DNA of 64,000 nucleotides from Guillardia theta CCMP2712 (taxonomy: Eukaryota > Protista > Cryptophyta), in assembly GCF_000315625.1 (NCBI RefSeq), contig NW_005434663.1, positions 124,001 to 188,000 of the forward strand, in the 5' to 3' direction. The notes under the pieces were generated by a model that saw only the letters and a program-made list of their open reading frames with translations, was not told the origin of the DNA and did no database searches. Shown here in pieces: positions 28,516-40,517 of the stretch (position 1 is the stretch's first letter; every line of letters begins with the position of its first letter). Both the position numbers and the translations under genes were made by a program.

Positions 28516-30290
28516 ATGATTTGCGGTGTCTCTCGCCGTACCGCTCTATGCTTCATCTTTGCCGTTTCTCTGTGCATGAGAACAGCACAAGCGTTCGTAC
28601 AGGCGCCTATACTGGCCCGCTCTTCAATGTCAAAGAACCCTTTGCTGTCCAAGGCTGGAGGGAGGTCTGTCAGAACAGCTGCCTGTTCAACACGCATGGT
28701 CTACATGCCACCCAGAATCACAACTGATATCGACGACGAGTCTGATGCGGCTGCCGCGTTGAAGCAAAGCCTGGATAGACTGCTTGAAATGCCCTCTACT
28801 TCAATTGACTCAAAATCGACTGTGAGTTTTTTTTCATCACTCGGTTTGAGATCTGACTTCGTCTTCAGCTTCCCCGCACTCCATGCACGTCTCTCTATGG
28901 AAATTGGAGGCCAACTAGTGAGTCAGAACCACTTGTTGCCAATCCAAGGGCTACGAAACCGAGGAAAACTTTCGTAGCTGAAGACAAACCAAAGAGCGCG
29001 CGCAGTCGTGGCAGGCCCGCTATGGAGCCTCGGCCAGCTGTGAGGGAGGACATGTTGCCAGAATTTGTCTCCAGAGCTGCCAGTGTCCTGAAGATCAATG
29101 ATGGAAAGATGGACTCTAATCTATTTGGGCAGCAATGGAAGACCTCACACCCGAATTCACCTATTTACATCTTTAAGAGCATCAAGGGTGTAACCATCCA
29201 TCAAATGCTTCGTGAACACTCCAAGTTTTTCACCGTCTCAGAAACTGACAGACAGAAAGTGAAAATGTTCGAACTCAATGAGGAAGCAGTAAAGCAGTAC
29301 TTGGAGGAATGTCAAAGCAACGGAAGCCTCAAGCCAGAGCAGATACCCAAAGCAACCTCAGAAATGATGGCACAACGTGCTTCGCTTGATTTTTCTCTCA
29401 AGGAAGTGCTTCCTGTGCAGGACCAATCTCTTCCTTCGGTCGCCACTCCGGTAACTAAGGCTGTGCAGCCCATGATTGCTCCAAATAGCGAGGAAGAAGA
29501 AGCGGTCTTCCACAATGAAGTGCCAATGCAGGGTAGAGCAAGAGTTTCTGGAACTTTCGATCGCAGGAAGGTCAAGCGCAACATTGCGATCAAGAGATCC
29601 CAGGATACCTTTGTAGAAGAGCATGTCGAACCTCCCAAAGCTCATGAGAACGATGCCGTCAAGCGTCCTGTCACTGCTTTGTACAACTCATGGGCTGCAG
29701 ATGGACGAGATATTGTGATGGAGCTTACTCACTCGGCTACGTTTGAAGAGATGTGGGAGTTTATCTTGGAAACCAAGGGTTCTTCCAAAAAGAAGTTCTC
29801 AGTGATCGATGCTGGATGCGGGAACGGTTGGGCAGTTCGGAAGATGGCTGAACATCCCCAATGCTCTGAGGTTCACGGAGTGGATGGCGCAGCCTTGATG
29901 ATCGAAAAAGCTCAGTCCCTAGACGAAGATAATGAGAAGACCTCGTACTCCATTCAAGACATCCAATACTGGACACCTGAGCAATCTGTTGACGTCGTGA
30001 CGCTAGTCGAAGTTCTGTACTTTCTCGACAATCCTGAGAGAACAGTGAAGCACATTTCAGAATCTTGGTTGAAGAAAGGGGGCCGATTTATTGCAAGCTT
30101 GGACTGCTATCGTGAGAATAAGTTGTCACATTCGTGGGAGGATGATCTCGGCATTCAGATGCACTGCATGTCTGAGAAAGCATGGGACAGAGTCTTGAAA
30201 GCAGCGGGACTGACTGACGTGAAGGTCTGGCGTGCAAAACCAACAGGACCATGGCAAGGAACTTTAATCGTAACAGGTGTGAAAAGATGA
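28516..30290 (+). CDS. Plastid-targeted class I SAM-dependent methyltransferase with N-terminal LOTUS/OST-HTH-like domain
   Basis: Signal peptide ending AQA-FVQ plus a Ser/Arg-rich transit peptide. One intron (28822-28868) joins in frame to ORF 29022-30290. Motifs VIDAGCGNG, GVDGAALMIEKA, VEVLYFL and LKKGG. Confidence 0.85.
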
Positions 30291-30452
30291 AAGATATCGG
30301 TTATTTCACCACAAGGAATAGACTTGTGATCTAGGTTTGAGAGATGGCCTCTCAAAATGTTTCTATAGAATTATTTGCTTATCAAAATTCTGTTGGAGGA
30401 AGTGGAGATGCATGGGAATGAATGTAAAACTTTGAATCTCATTGCGGTTGTG

Positions 30453-32065
30453 TTATTCATCACATTCCATCAACCCACTCATAGTAGTGTTGAGAGTCTC
30501 ATTCGCGATGTTCTGAAATCTCTTCAGCGATCTCAAGGCTTCCTTTCTCGTTACCTCAAGAGGCAGCCCTCGCATGAGGCATGAGAGGATTTCAATGCTC
30601 TCCACTTCATCTGTCTCATCTTGCCAACTTGTCAACTCAACAACATCCACAAGTTTCAAACTCACTCGCCCACTCCAGCGCTCTCCACCCTCGCGCACAC
30701 CTCTGGTTAGGGTCAGCCCCTAGCTGACACCTGTAGAAGGTCAAAAGGGTCCAGATACGCAGCCCACGTACAGCAGCAGGATGCAACGGCCTTGGCCCCT
30801 CATAGCGCTGTACATCAAGGGCGTCAACCCCCCGCTCTTGGTCGCCGCGTTCACTTGAGCGCCTGCACATCTTCATCGTCCGCTCGGACCTCCTCGAGCT
30901 CCACCTGCACTGACGAGGTCTTTGATCAGAGCCTCTCCTCCTTCGCGGGCTGCGAGGTGCAGCGGCGTGTTGCCCTGCAGCCAGTCAGCGTTCAGCTGGC
31001 CAAGTCTCTGCTTACCTCTACATCAACTTCGTCCACTGCAGCACCGGCAGCGAGGAGCGTGCGGCCGATCAAGCTCAAACCTGCGGCTGCACGCTAAAGG
31101 AGGATGATTGGCAGTGAGTCCAAGAACCTCGGAAGCTTGCTAGATGGAGCGGGGTGAGCAAATTACAATTCTTGACGTTCACATCAGCGCCGAGTTCGAT
31201 TAGAGCACACACTGAAGTCTGTGAGCTTGTCAAGGCAGACGAGCGAGATGCAACGCAAGGGTAGCAAGAGACGCACGTGCTCCTCGTAGAAACAAGCGGC
31301 AAGCAGCGGATTCTCCTCGCCCCTCACAGTAAACGCGTCGAGTTCGATTCCTTGTGCTGCCAGTCGTCTGATCTCACTGTCCTGCCCTTGTATGACTGCA
31401 GCCAACAGCCTGGCCGACAACATGACTAATGCACCCCTCTCTCCCTCCCTCCCTCCCTCCCTCCCTCTCTCCCTCCCTCCCTCCCTCCCTCTCTCCCCCC
31501 CTCCCTCTCTCCCTCCGTCCCTCCCTCGCTCCCTCGCTCCCTCATCCTTCTTACCCTTGCCTCTCCTCTGTTTGCTCGCCTTCGGGCTCATCTGACGAGA
31601 GGCTCTCCATTACTTTCTGCAATCTCCGTGAGGAAGTTGGAAGCTAAGACGTTGCCTCACCCATTCCGGGCATGCAGGCTGCAGATGGCCAAGCGTGTGA
31701 CACAAGGAGCATCTTAAAGAGCAGACGTGAGGGAAGGGGGGAACGATGGAAGCAGCAGTTATATCTTTACATCTTGACAAGCTTCACTTCATCAGGACCT
31801 TCAAGAAAGGGATAAAGCGGAATGGTGGGCGGCATTTCTCCCACCATCTCGTCTTCTTCCTGCAAGGCAAGAGTTTCAATGCAGACCATTCTGAGCGCAG
31901 CGGTCGAACCTGCCCTCCTCTCAGCTTCAGCCTGGCGCTTGAGAGGAGGAAGAAGCATGGGAGAGGACGGAGATCTGGTCTCGAACTTGATCGAGATCCG
32001 AGAAGAACGGAAAGAGCGACAAGGATAACAAGAAGAGCTTTCCTTGATATCGCACTGGTGCACAT
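30453..32065 (-). CDS. Signal peptide-RLKLRGG-CCHC zinc knuckle-ankyrin repeat protein (3' end approximate)
   Basis: Hand-spliced: MCTSAISRKALLVILVALSVLLG...RLKLRGGQ|EEDEM...KI|CSLCHTLGHLQPACPEW|KVMES...QG|LLAAVIQGQ... followed by ankyrin repeats (GADVNVKN...TPLHLAS, GNTPLHLAAREG, GLTPLMYSA). Junction phases are compatible. Confidence 0.72.
31438..31545. repeat. (CTCC)n microsatellite inside an intron of the ankyrin gene
   Basis: Directly visible tandem CTCC/CCCT repeats. Confidence 0.9.
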
Positions 32066-32454
32066 GCTTGCATTCTCTACGGATTCAACAAGAGACAAGC
32101 CCGAGGGTCGACTATGGCGACTGCAACTTGCCGTTTGTCGTCATAGCCATTCCTCCTCTTGTCCTCCTCTTGTCCTCCTCTTGTCCTCCCCTTCCCCTCC
32201 TCTTGCCATGGATCAATTTACCGGCCCGCCTCAGAGGCATCCTCAAAGACTTGTGGTCCGCGCATGTCTCTGGGAGGAGCGTCTCCGTGTGCCGCTTTAG
32301 AGGAGGCGGGAGGGAGGCAACAGAGTTGTATTGGTAGAAGTCTTCTTGCTTCCTCTACCTCCCTCAAGCTCCTCCCTCCTCTCCCTCTACCTCCCACAAG
32401 CTCCTCCCTCCTCTTCCCCTAACTTGGAGGCTCGCCGCTTCGATCCCGCGACTT

Positions 32455-35400
32455 CTACGTCTTGGAGGCCAAGTTCCACTGCTTCTCCATCTCCTTCCAG
32501 TGGTCGCAGTTTGCCTGCACACCTGCCAAGGGCTCAGGCAGGTCGCAAGAGAGTCCAACACACTCACGATTGACAAGGACCTGACACTTGGGGAAGCACG
32601 CGGCCCACGTCTCAAACAGCGGCATGACGACGAAATCAACGAAGCCGGGCTGAAGTTCAGGTCACTCAAGCGAAGAACTTCCAACAAGGTTTCTTGCCTG
32701 GGATCTGGTGACGCCAGGCTTCTCTCGGTCCATGAGGAAGGAAACCTGTAGCAGAGTCAAAACCCTCGTCCCCTTCCCCTTCCTCCTGCCATGTCATACC
32801 TTCAAGTCCCTGTGCTTCTCCAGGTCACCCTGACGCCACATCTCCTCTTCGAGTCTTTCTGCCCATCGGATGTGAACGTCGCGATCGGCGTACACATGCC
32901 CGATGTCCGCCACCTTGATCGCTCCCTGCAGGCTTTAAGTCCAAGCAGACACGAGCGACCTACTCGAACCTGAAGCACAAGAATCCTCAGGCTGTCAGGA
33001 GGCTCGTCCTCGATCTGATCGTCCGGATTTTCCATTCTCTTGAGCAGGTTTGTCTTCAGCTTTGACACGATGGCCTGTGTTGTGGTCAGACTCAAACGAC
33101 ATGCGGGGCAACAGAACCATGTGCTCTCCCATATCCGTCGCCAGCACCAGCTCAATCACTATCTTGCGGAATTGATTTCGTTGTGCTTCGGGCATGCGAT
33201 GAAGGAAGTTGAAGTCATCTTGTCGCAAGATTCGGAAACTAGAAACAATCGTTTAGTTGAAAATGGTGGGCAACAAGTTCAGCGACTCACGCTGAGATGA
33301 GATGATGATTCTCGTTCGGGGACTTGTCATTGGAATCGATCGCCCAGTCATGTTGCGTCTTGATCAGAAAGTCGTTGTTGAAACCTGGAACAAGCCTCAG
33401 TGTTGCGCAGAGCGATGGAATGTTCTACCGATGTGTTCAAAATCATGAATGCATGCCGAGAACAATCCTGCGAGTATCTCCATTTTCCCCACAAACTGAT
33501 TCAATCCTCCCTTTAGCAGCTGCACCAAGTTAGATTTTTTTAATTGCTCTTCGAAATAAGATTTACCAGACAGTGCATGGATTGTACCACATCCGCAACG
33601 TGCGTTGCATTGTGGTAGGGATTGTCTTGCATGCCACTCTCGATCGCTCGGAAAAAATTCATGAGCTTGACTTGATCCAGTTTGAACTCTTCTATCAAAT
33701 TGTGCTTCGTGAACACGTGCCAGCAAATGACCTGTTCGTACGTCAACCTTCTGCCATTTGTCAAGAGACCAGCATACTTGTAGAGGCAATCCATCAGCCT
33801 CTCTTTCTAGATCAAATACCTGTACAAGTTCCACCATAGTCATGTGCAAACTACCTCAGCCCTCCAAATTCTCACATTGAAATGCCAATCGTCGGCGGTG
33901 TCCAATACAGCACGTAGCCCTTGCAGCTGACACAAAGAAATTCAGAGAGATACGAGAATGAAAGCCTTCGCCAGCTGAGGGCGGGCGGGGGCAGAGAGGG
34001 AGTGCAGCACCTGATCTGCAATCAAGGAAGAGCTTCCGTAATCCGCAGACACTGCGCTAAGAAGGGATCGAGGACTTGAAGACCCTTCTGAACTCTTGTG
34101 CACAGATAGAGCACTTTCTCGACCTGGTTGGGCGTGAGAAGCTGAGAGTTGGCGTTCAACATTATCCACCAGGATTGTCGTAAACAAATTTCCAGTCTTC
34201 ACCAAGAAGTACAGCAAGTGAACCCGCAACATCACTAACAACAGAGAGTGAGTCTACTTCCACCAAGCGCTGACTCACCTATCATGTTGAATCAAATCCT
34301 TTTGGGTCAAGGCGGACAATTCCATTCTCCCCAACTCGCCCTCCACCTGAGGTTCGAGGATGAATGAGTGTTGATGCACATTGTGATAAGAAGGGAAGAG
34401 CAAGGTGAAGACCTTTCTCAAATCCGTGACATTCTTGTGTGAGACCATGATGATTGGTTCGCCTGAATTCATGCAGTAAGCACAGCACATATCTTCAGCC
34501 AGACAGATACCAGTGAAGGGATCTTTCTGTCTTTGTGCAAAGACCCTGCAATACCTATTTCTGACAGTCAATATGAAGAAAATGCATCCCTACTCTATCG
34601 ATGCATAGCTTTAAAACCAACCAAGTCTCTTCGGTCTGGTCATCAAGCTTCTTCTTGAGCGGGATATCCACCTGCGTCATTAGTTAGAGACTGGACCACG
34701 TTGCCACGAGTGTCTCCAACACCGACCTCGTATGTAGAACCGTCTTCGACGAGAGCTTCCATCTGCGTCAACGAACATTAGCATGTTTCTAATCTGACCC
34801 TGAGGAAGGAACCATCTTCATGTAGGCAGTCCTTCGCTCAGTCTGCGGATGAGCCTGAATCATCGTCAGATGATCATAGTGGATACAATGTCAACCACCT
34901 TGTTACTCTGGTGATTGCACTTCTCCGGGTCTGCCAGTCCATGCCTACAATTTAGGTCAGCTCTCTTGTTGTTGAAGGGTTATCGTAAAGACGAAGCTTG
35001 CACCTCTCATGCGCATCTTTCATACCAAAAATATCACTTTGAAGCCAAATAGTCTGCGTGTGAGTCAGTTGACAAAGTATCGACCAAAGTGCAAAATTTA
35101 CATCTCCAAACGCTGCAACGGCGGCAGGGTTGCTAGTGATCAGGTGACCATCAAAAGTGAAAAAGCCCATGGGGTATGGGGAACATTCCAGGAGAAAGGT
35201 CATGTATCTGAATAATAACAAACAAACAATGCATCAGCGCTTTGTAAAACAGGAACATTCATCATCTAGTGTCAGCACCTCATATGCGAGTCAAGCTGCC
35301 TTTGCAAGTCTTGTGGCAATCGCGTTATCATGACAGCCTTCTCACCCTCCTGTGGTCAGGAAAAAACATCAATTTGGAAGTCAAAATGAATGAATCAACA

Positions 35401-36033
35401 ATGATTACATCAGAAGTGGTAGAGCTCTTGAAAATGATCGGACTGCAGATCACTTCTCCGTGAGACTTGGTTTTTTCATTGTGACTCCTCTCAACAACCT
35501 GGTGAATCGCTTCAACAAGAGCACATTCCGCTTCAGAATGACCCACCACGTTGTTTTCTACTTGGACGAGTTGATAAACGTCGTCCTGTTTACACTTCAC
35601 CTCAGGAGTGTCCTGGCACGGATCCTGAGGACATATTTCAGCCGCATGACGCGGAAGAGTCAACGGTCACCTTAGCAATGAAGGCTTGGAGATCTAATCC
35701 TTTCTCTTTCAGATATCTCGAATTTGCCCATAAATTTCTTGGGGGATGACCAAAGTTGACAATTGAGATCAGCAATGGTGCCTGTTTACGCATTAGTTTT
35801 CTACAATAATTCCACCAATATAGGAATACAGCGTCCAATGCATTCAACTTGTCGATTTCAAGACAACCGGGCTGCTGCACTATCCCCGTCTTAGCTAGGA
35901 CGGTTTCTGCCATCTGTTGATGCAATGCTCGCTTGCTCTCCCTCTCTCTCCAGCTTGCCCCTTGCACCAACTCGACCTGCTCACGGCTGCGTGTGACTGG
36001 AAACAGCAGAGAAACAATCTTGGTCGCGAGCAT
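32455..36033 (-). CDS. PAS-domain class I cyclic-nucleotide phosphodiesterase (start approximate)
   Basis: PDE motifs [48 protein letters not shown] and SQ|[12 protein letters not shown]; stop TAG at 32455-32457. Upstream PAS-like segments (LWANSRYL; [29 protein letters not shown]). Confidence 0.9.
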
Positions 36034-36329
36034 ATGATTTACAGTTTGGTATAAGAACCAGGATGAAGACGATGAGAGAGCATTGGATTCTCACCTTTAG
36101 CTGCGCGTACGACTCTGTAGCTGACCGGGGAATAAGGCAGCTCTCGCAAGCAACTGGATGTCTGGTCCGAGCCCTGGCCTCTCACTTTGGGCTCATCGTC
36201 AAGGAAACGATGCACACTCTTCTCGGGTCAGTCTGTTGTTTGTCTTGTGCTCACAACTCCTCTCTTTCGCCTCTTGACATGTCCTCTTCAGTTGTCCACG
36301 ATGCCTACACAGCCGCCATTGCGGCTTAC

Positions 36330-37070
36330 CCCACCCCTACCCTATACCCCCATCCTTTTTGTGATCACTCTTCTCAGAACCCCCTACCCCCCCTTTCACC
36401 TTGAACAAGACCCATAATTCAGTGCTTTTCACGGAATAACCCCACCCCTAGACATGGGACAAAAAATAGAAGGGACCCCTACCCTCATCCCCTTGCTCCC
36501 TTTTTACCCCTGCATACTACCCACCCAACCCCCTAAAATCCCTGAAGGGTCCTTTCGACTACCCTTACTAGGAAGAAACCTTTTCCTCGCCCCCTGGTGG
36601 TAACCTCGCGTATTAAAAATAATTTAGATACTAATTTTAGATTTTTTTCTGTCATCTTTTATACATAAAACTTTATTAAACATATATCTTTGTTTCACTT
36701 GGTACAGTCAACCAGTTTCGGCACAATTCACACAATACTTTTATTTTTCAAAGATACATCCGGGGATATTTCAAATTATCAGTGACTTTGTTTTTTCTAT
36801 GTTCAAAAACTCGTCAGCTACCCCACCATAGTAAATATCAAGCGACCACCCACCTCTTTTAGAGGATCCGGCTAACTCCGATATCTACCACCCCCTTTTC
36901 CAGACCCCTGTCTATAACAACGAAAGGACCCCATCTTACACACCCCTATCTCGGGATCTCGGGGGGTCCTCCACAAACTTGTTTGGGAAGGTCGAACATG
37001 GTGAAGGTGACTGGTGGGAGTAGCTCGAGCTACAACCGCAATGAAGGAGGGCGATGCACTCATTGTCTGA
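36330..37070. repeat. Second TACCCC-rich intergenic block
   Basis: CCCCTACCC/CCCACCCC words, AT-rich core, and GAGGATCCGG shared with the 27.6-kb block. Confidence 0.5.
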
Positions 37071-37881
37071 ATCCCCGTAGATCATGTGAACTGAATCTCA
37101 GACCATCGTATCTTGAATACTCGCCACACCTTGAGAACAAAGAATAACAGTTTGTATCTTATATTCATACTCTGAACACAAGGAGCGCAAGTGATTTGTT
37201 GATGCACGGTTGGTTCTCAAGACCAGTTACAAAACACAAGAATTCTCGTGCTTCGGAAAGAGAATGGCTCGAATTTGAGCCTCCAGCCCCATTCCTCTTG
37301 TGTGAAGGCGGCCAACGACAGAGGAACAGCACTGAGGTTCTCTGGGGTCCTCATTCAGAAGACATGAGGATCATGAGTGACAGAATGATCATTAAAACAT
37401 CATGCAGGAATGTTGCCAGTGTGTTTCTTGTGCTCAAATACATCTTAAAGATTCGTCGATGCCGATCTCGCGTTTGCCTGCCATTGTGAATCTGCCTGCA
37501 TTTATAATCACCTCTCGCCAACATGAATCCATTTGAGTCTAGTGCACTAATAGCAAGTATGATTCCTTCTCGCAATATGAGCCGAATGCTTGCTATCATG
37601 CAGGTACTGATTCTGATGTTTGTGATTCTACACACAGCATGGGAACTAGGGATCGAGGAGAAGCCACTGAGCCGAGCAAGGTCCCACCTGAGAAGCTCTC
37701 CGACCTCCAGCCGGTGGATAGGATGCGTCATGAAACCTTCAGGTGAGGGGCCACGGTGAGCTCGAGGAGAGGCTTCCTGTCTGCGTCAGCGGTACAAGAG
37801 GTGTGTGCCGCCGTTTTGCTGCATGCCATATATTGGCGGTTACGTTTGTAACTGCCAAAACATTGGAAACATGCAAGGCGG

Positions 37882-39497
37882 ATGAAGCGGAGGCAACGAG
37901 AAGGCAAGGTGAGGGGAGGAGAGAGGAAAGTGAAGAGAGAGGAGAGGGAATGGTCAGAAGACACGCGAGGAAGACGACGGGGAGCGAGGGGAGATCAAAA
38001 AGTTGCCAAGTCGAAGGAAGATCATGAGGGTGAGGACAAAAACAGCAGGACCAGGTCGAGCAGCGATGTTCAGATTGAGGTTGATAATATAGCTTTATGA
38101 TATTTAAAAGGCCTTGAAGTGTGCTGACAGCAACCTGAAACTTTGTATGTTTTCCCCAGACACCTGACAAGACTTCTAGCAAGCTACTCAGAACTGAAAC
38201 TGTGAGTCTTGCGGTTGTGCGGTGAAATCTGACCCCTTCCTAAAGGGTTCGTCGTTTGGTGATTGTCCCGTGTGTTCGAAGAGAGGTACTCTAGCTCCTG
38301 GTACATTGACGGATGATGTTGGAGCGGCAGTCCCGTTGTCCCTGCTCTACACGGATCACCTCTTTTCCTCCGCGTGCAAGAATGAAGAGGTGAGGAACGT
38401 TGGGTCTGGACGGGTGAGCATGAAAGAGTCTGCTGAGGTCGATTCTTCTCCCGCCCAACGTAAGGATTCTGCGGAGAAGGAAGAGCGGATTCCTGCAGTC
38501 AGAGGAGTTGTTTGCTTGCAGTCTGGTAGACCTGCCGTTCTGATCTGAAGCTCTCACCGCATCCTCAGACTTGCCCGGGCTCATGAAGCCGAAAGCGATC
38601 CGCGACGTCCCGGGGCTCTTCCAGTTTCCTGACTTCATCACAGAAGATGAGGAAGGGTTGCTGCTGCAGAGCTTGGACACAGGGAACAAGTTAGATGTCT
38701 CTCCCCTCCCTCCGTTGGACTGAAGCAGCAGCAGGTGGCAACTGTCGTCCTTCAATGGGGAGTGCATGACGCAGCGGTGGGGAGTAGTCACAGACCTGAA
38801 GCGGAGGAGCGTCCGCCCTTGCAGCATCGAGCGAGGGGAGGAGGACCTCCCGAGTTTCTTGAGAGCGATCATCGAGAAATGGATCAACAGGTCGGGTAGC
38901 AGCAAGGTCGACCGAGGTTGATTCCCTTCAAGGTGCGAGGTGATCGCTCAGTTCCATCCTAACGAGGCCAACGCCAACTCCTACGAGAAGCACAAGGTAA
39001 TGCCGCTGGGAAAAACGTCGAGAGAGATTGAGCGCCATGCAGGGGCATTCGCTAGCAGCGCACTTTGACGACCGGTTCCTTTCAGGAGACATCCTAGTTA
39101 ACCTCTCCTTGGGAGCAGGCAATCTTGAATCCTCCTCCTCCTCCTTTTCCTCGTCCTCGTCCTCGTCCTCGTCCCATTCCTCACCACCACCTCCTCTTCC
39201 TCCCTCTCCTACACCTCTGCCTCGTCCCCTTCCCATCCATGAAATTTCTGCTAGATTGCCACATGACATTCGCAAGGAAAGACAAAATCAAGGTAGATTA
39301 TCACTTCTCCTCCCGTCCCTCCCGTCCCATCCCACCTTTCTCCTCACCCTCCGCAGGTCCTGGTGCCCAGGAGAAGCCTCCAAGTAGTGACGGGCAGGGC
39401 GAGGTTTGAGCACACGCACGGCATCGACCTGGACGACTTCCATGGCCCACGACGCGTGTCCATCACCTTCAGGAGAGCAAAACTCACTTGCACCTGA
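37882..39497 (+). CDS. AlkB-family 2OG-Fe(II) dioxygenase (ALKBH4-like) with N-terminal UBZ-like zinc finger (start approximate)
   Basis: Spliced: CPVCSKR|VPLSLLYTDHLFSSAC ... VPGLFQFPDFITEDEE ... NEANANSY ... GHSLAAHFDDRFLSG ... PRRSLQVVTGRARFEHTHGI ... RRVSITFRR. HxD...H metal ligands and terminal Arg residues are intact; stop at 39495-39497. Confidence 0.85.
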
Positions 39498-39785
39498 CAT
39501 GCCATGAGCGCTGTTTCATCTAGATTAAAGTTGTCCGATGTCATGACGGACATGTCTCCTCACCGCCCATCTTCTCCTGCTCCTCCTCCCTCTCCCCCTC
39601 CACTCGCTGCCGCCTCCCCCACACCCCCGTTCCCCATTTTACTTACTAGGGCTCTAGAGGGGCGGAAAGGAGGGAAAGGGGGGGAAGGAAGAGGGAAATA
39701 GTCAGGGCGGATCGGGGAGGGCGGGAGGAGGAGGGGAAGCGAGGGAGAGGACAGAGGAGAGGAGGAGAGAAAGGAGGATCAACGG

Positions 39786-40051
39786 ATGGGCAAGAAAGCA
39801 GGGAACAGAGGCGCGCGTGGGAAGCAGAAAGAGGACGGGAGCAAGCTGGAGGAGGGCAAGGCTAGGACGATCAAAGATTTCTTTGGAAGCAAGGCATCGT
39901 CGGAGAGCACTGAGAGCCCGAGAACGAGGACGTCGCATGAGATCTGCATCGAAGATGAGGAAGGAGGAGGAGCAGGAGGAGCAGGAGGAGCAGGAGGAGC
40001 AGGAGGAGCAGGAGGAGCAGGAGGAGGAGGAGGAGGAGCAGGAGGAGGAGG

Positions 40052-40093
<42 letters not shown>

Positions 40094-40449
40094 AGTGAAG
40101 GAAGAAAGGAAGCACCAGGAGGTAAGAGAAGTGATCTGCATCGATTCAGAGGGCGATCAGAACGAGGATGGTGGCGAGGAGGAGTTTCGTTTCATCTCAG
40201 AACGACCAGTACACCCACGCAAGAAGCAGAGCTACGGCAACTTCGGCGCTCTCGTCACCCTCAAGGAGCAGGAGCGCTACTGCCTGCTGTCTCCTGACGG
40301 CTGCTGCCTCCTGCCATGGTGGAGCCGAAGCTTTCGCATCGGGTACAGGAACGTGTTCTCAGATAGAAGACCCCCAGGCATTGGCGTTCATGCTCACACA
40401 TGGGGGAAGTGCTCTAGTTTGGACGTCCCTTCCTTCCGTAGCATGGTAT

Positions 40450-40517
<68 letters not shown>

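Noticed and set aside
37196-37884. Possible small spliced gene with a Cys-rich end
   Set aside because: Splice signals exist, but I could not build a consistent stop-free frame.
39702-40141. Poly-Pro, poly-Ser/Cys and poly-Glu ORFs in alternative frames
   Set aside because: Shadow translations of the GGA/GCA microsatellite.
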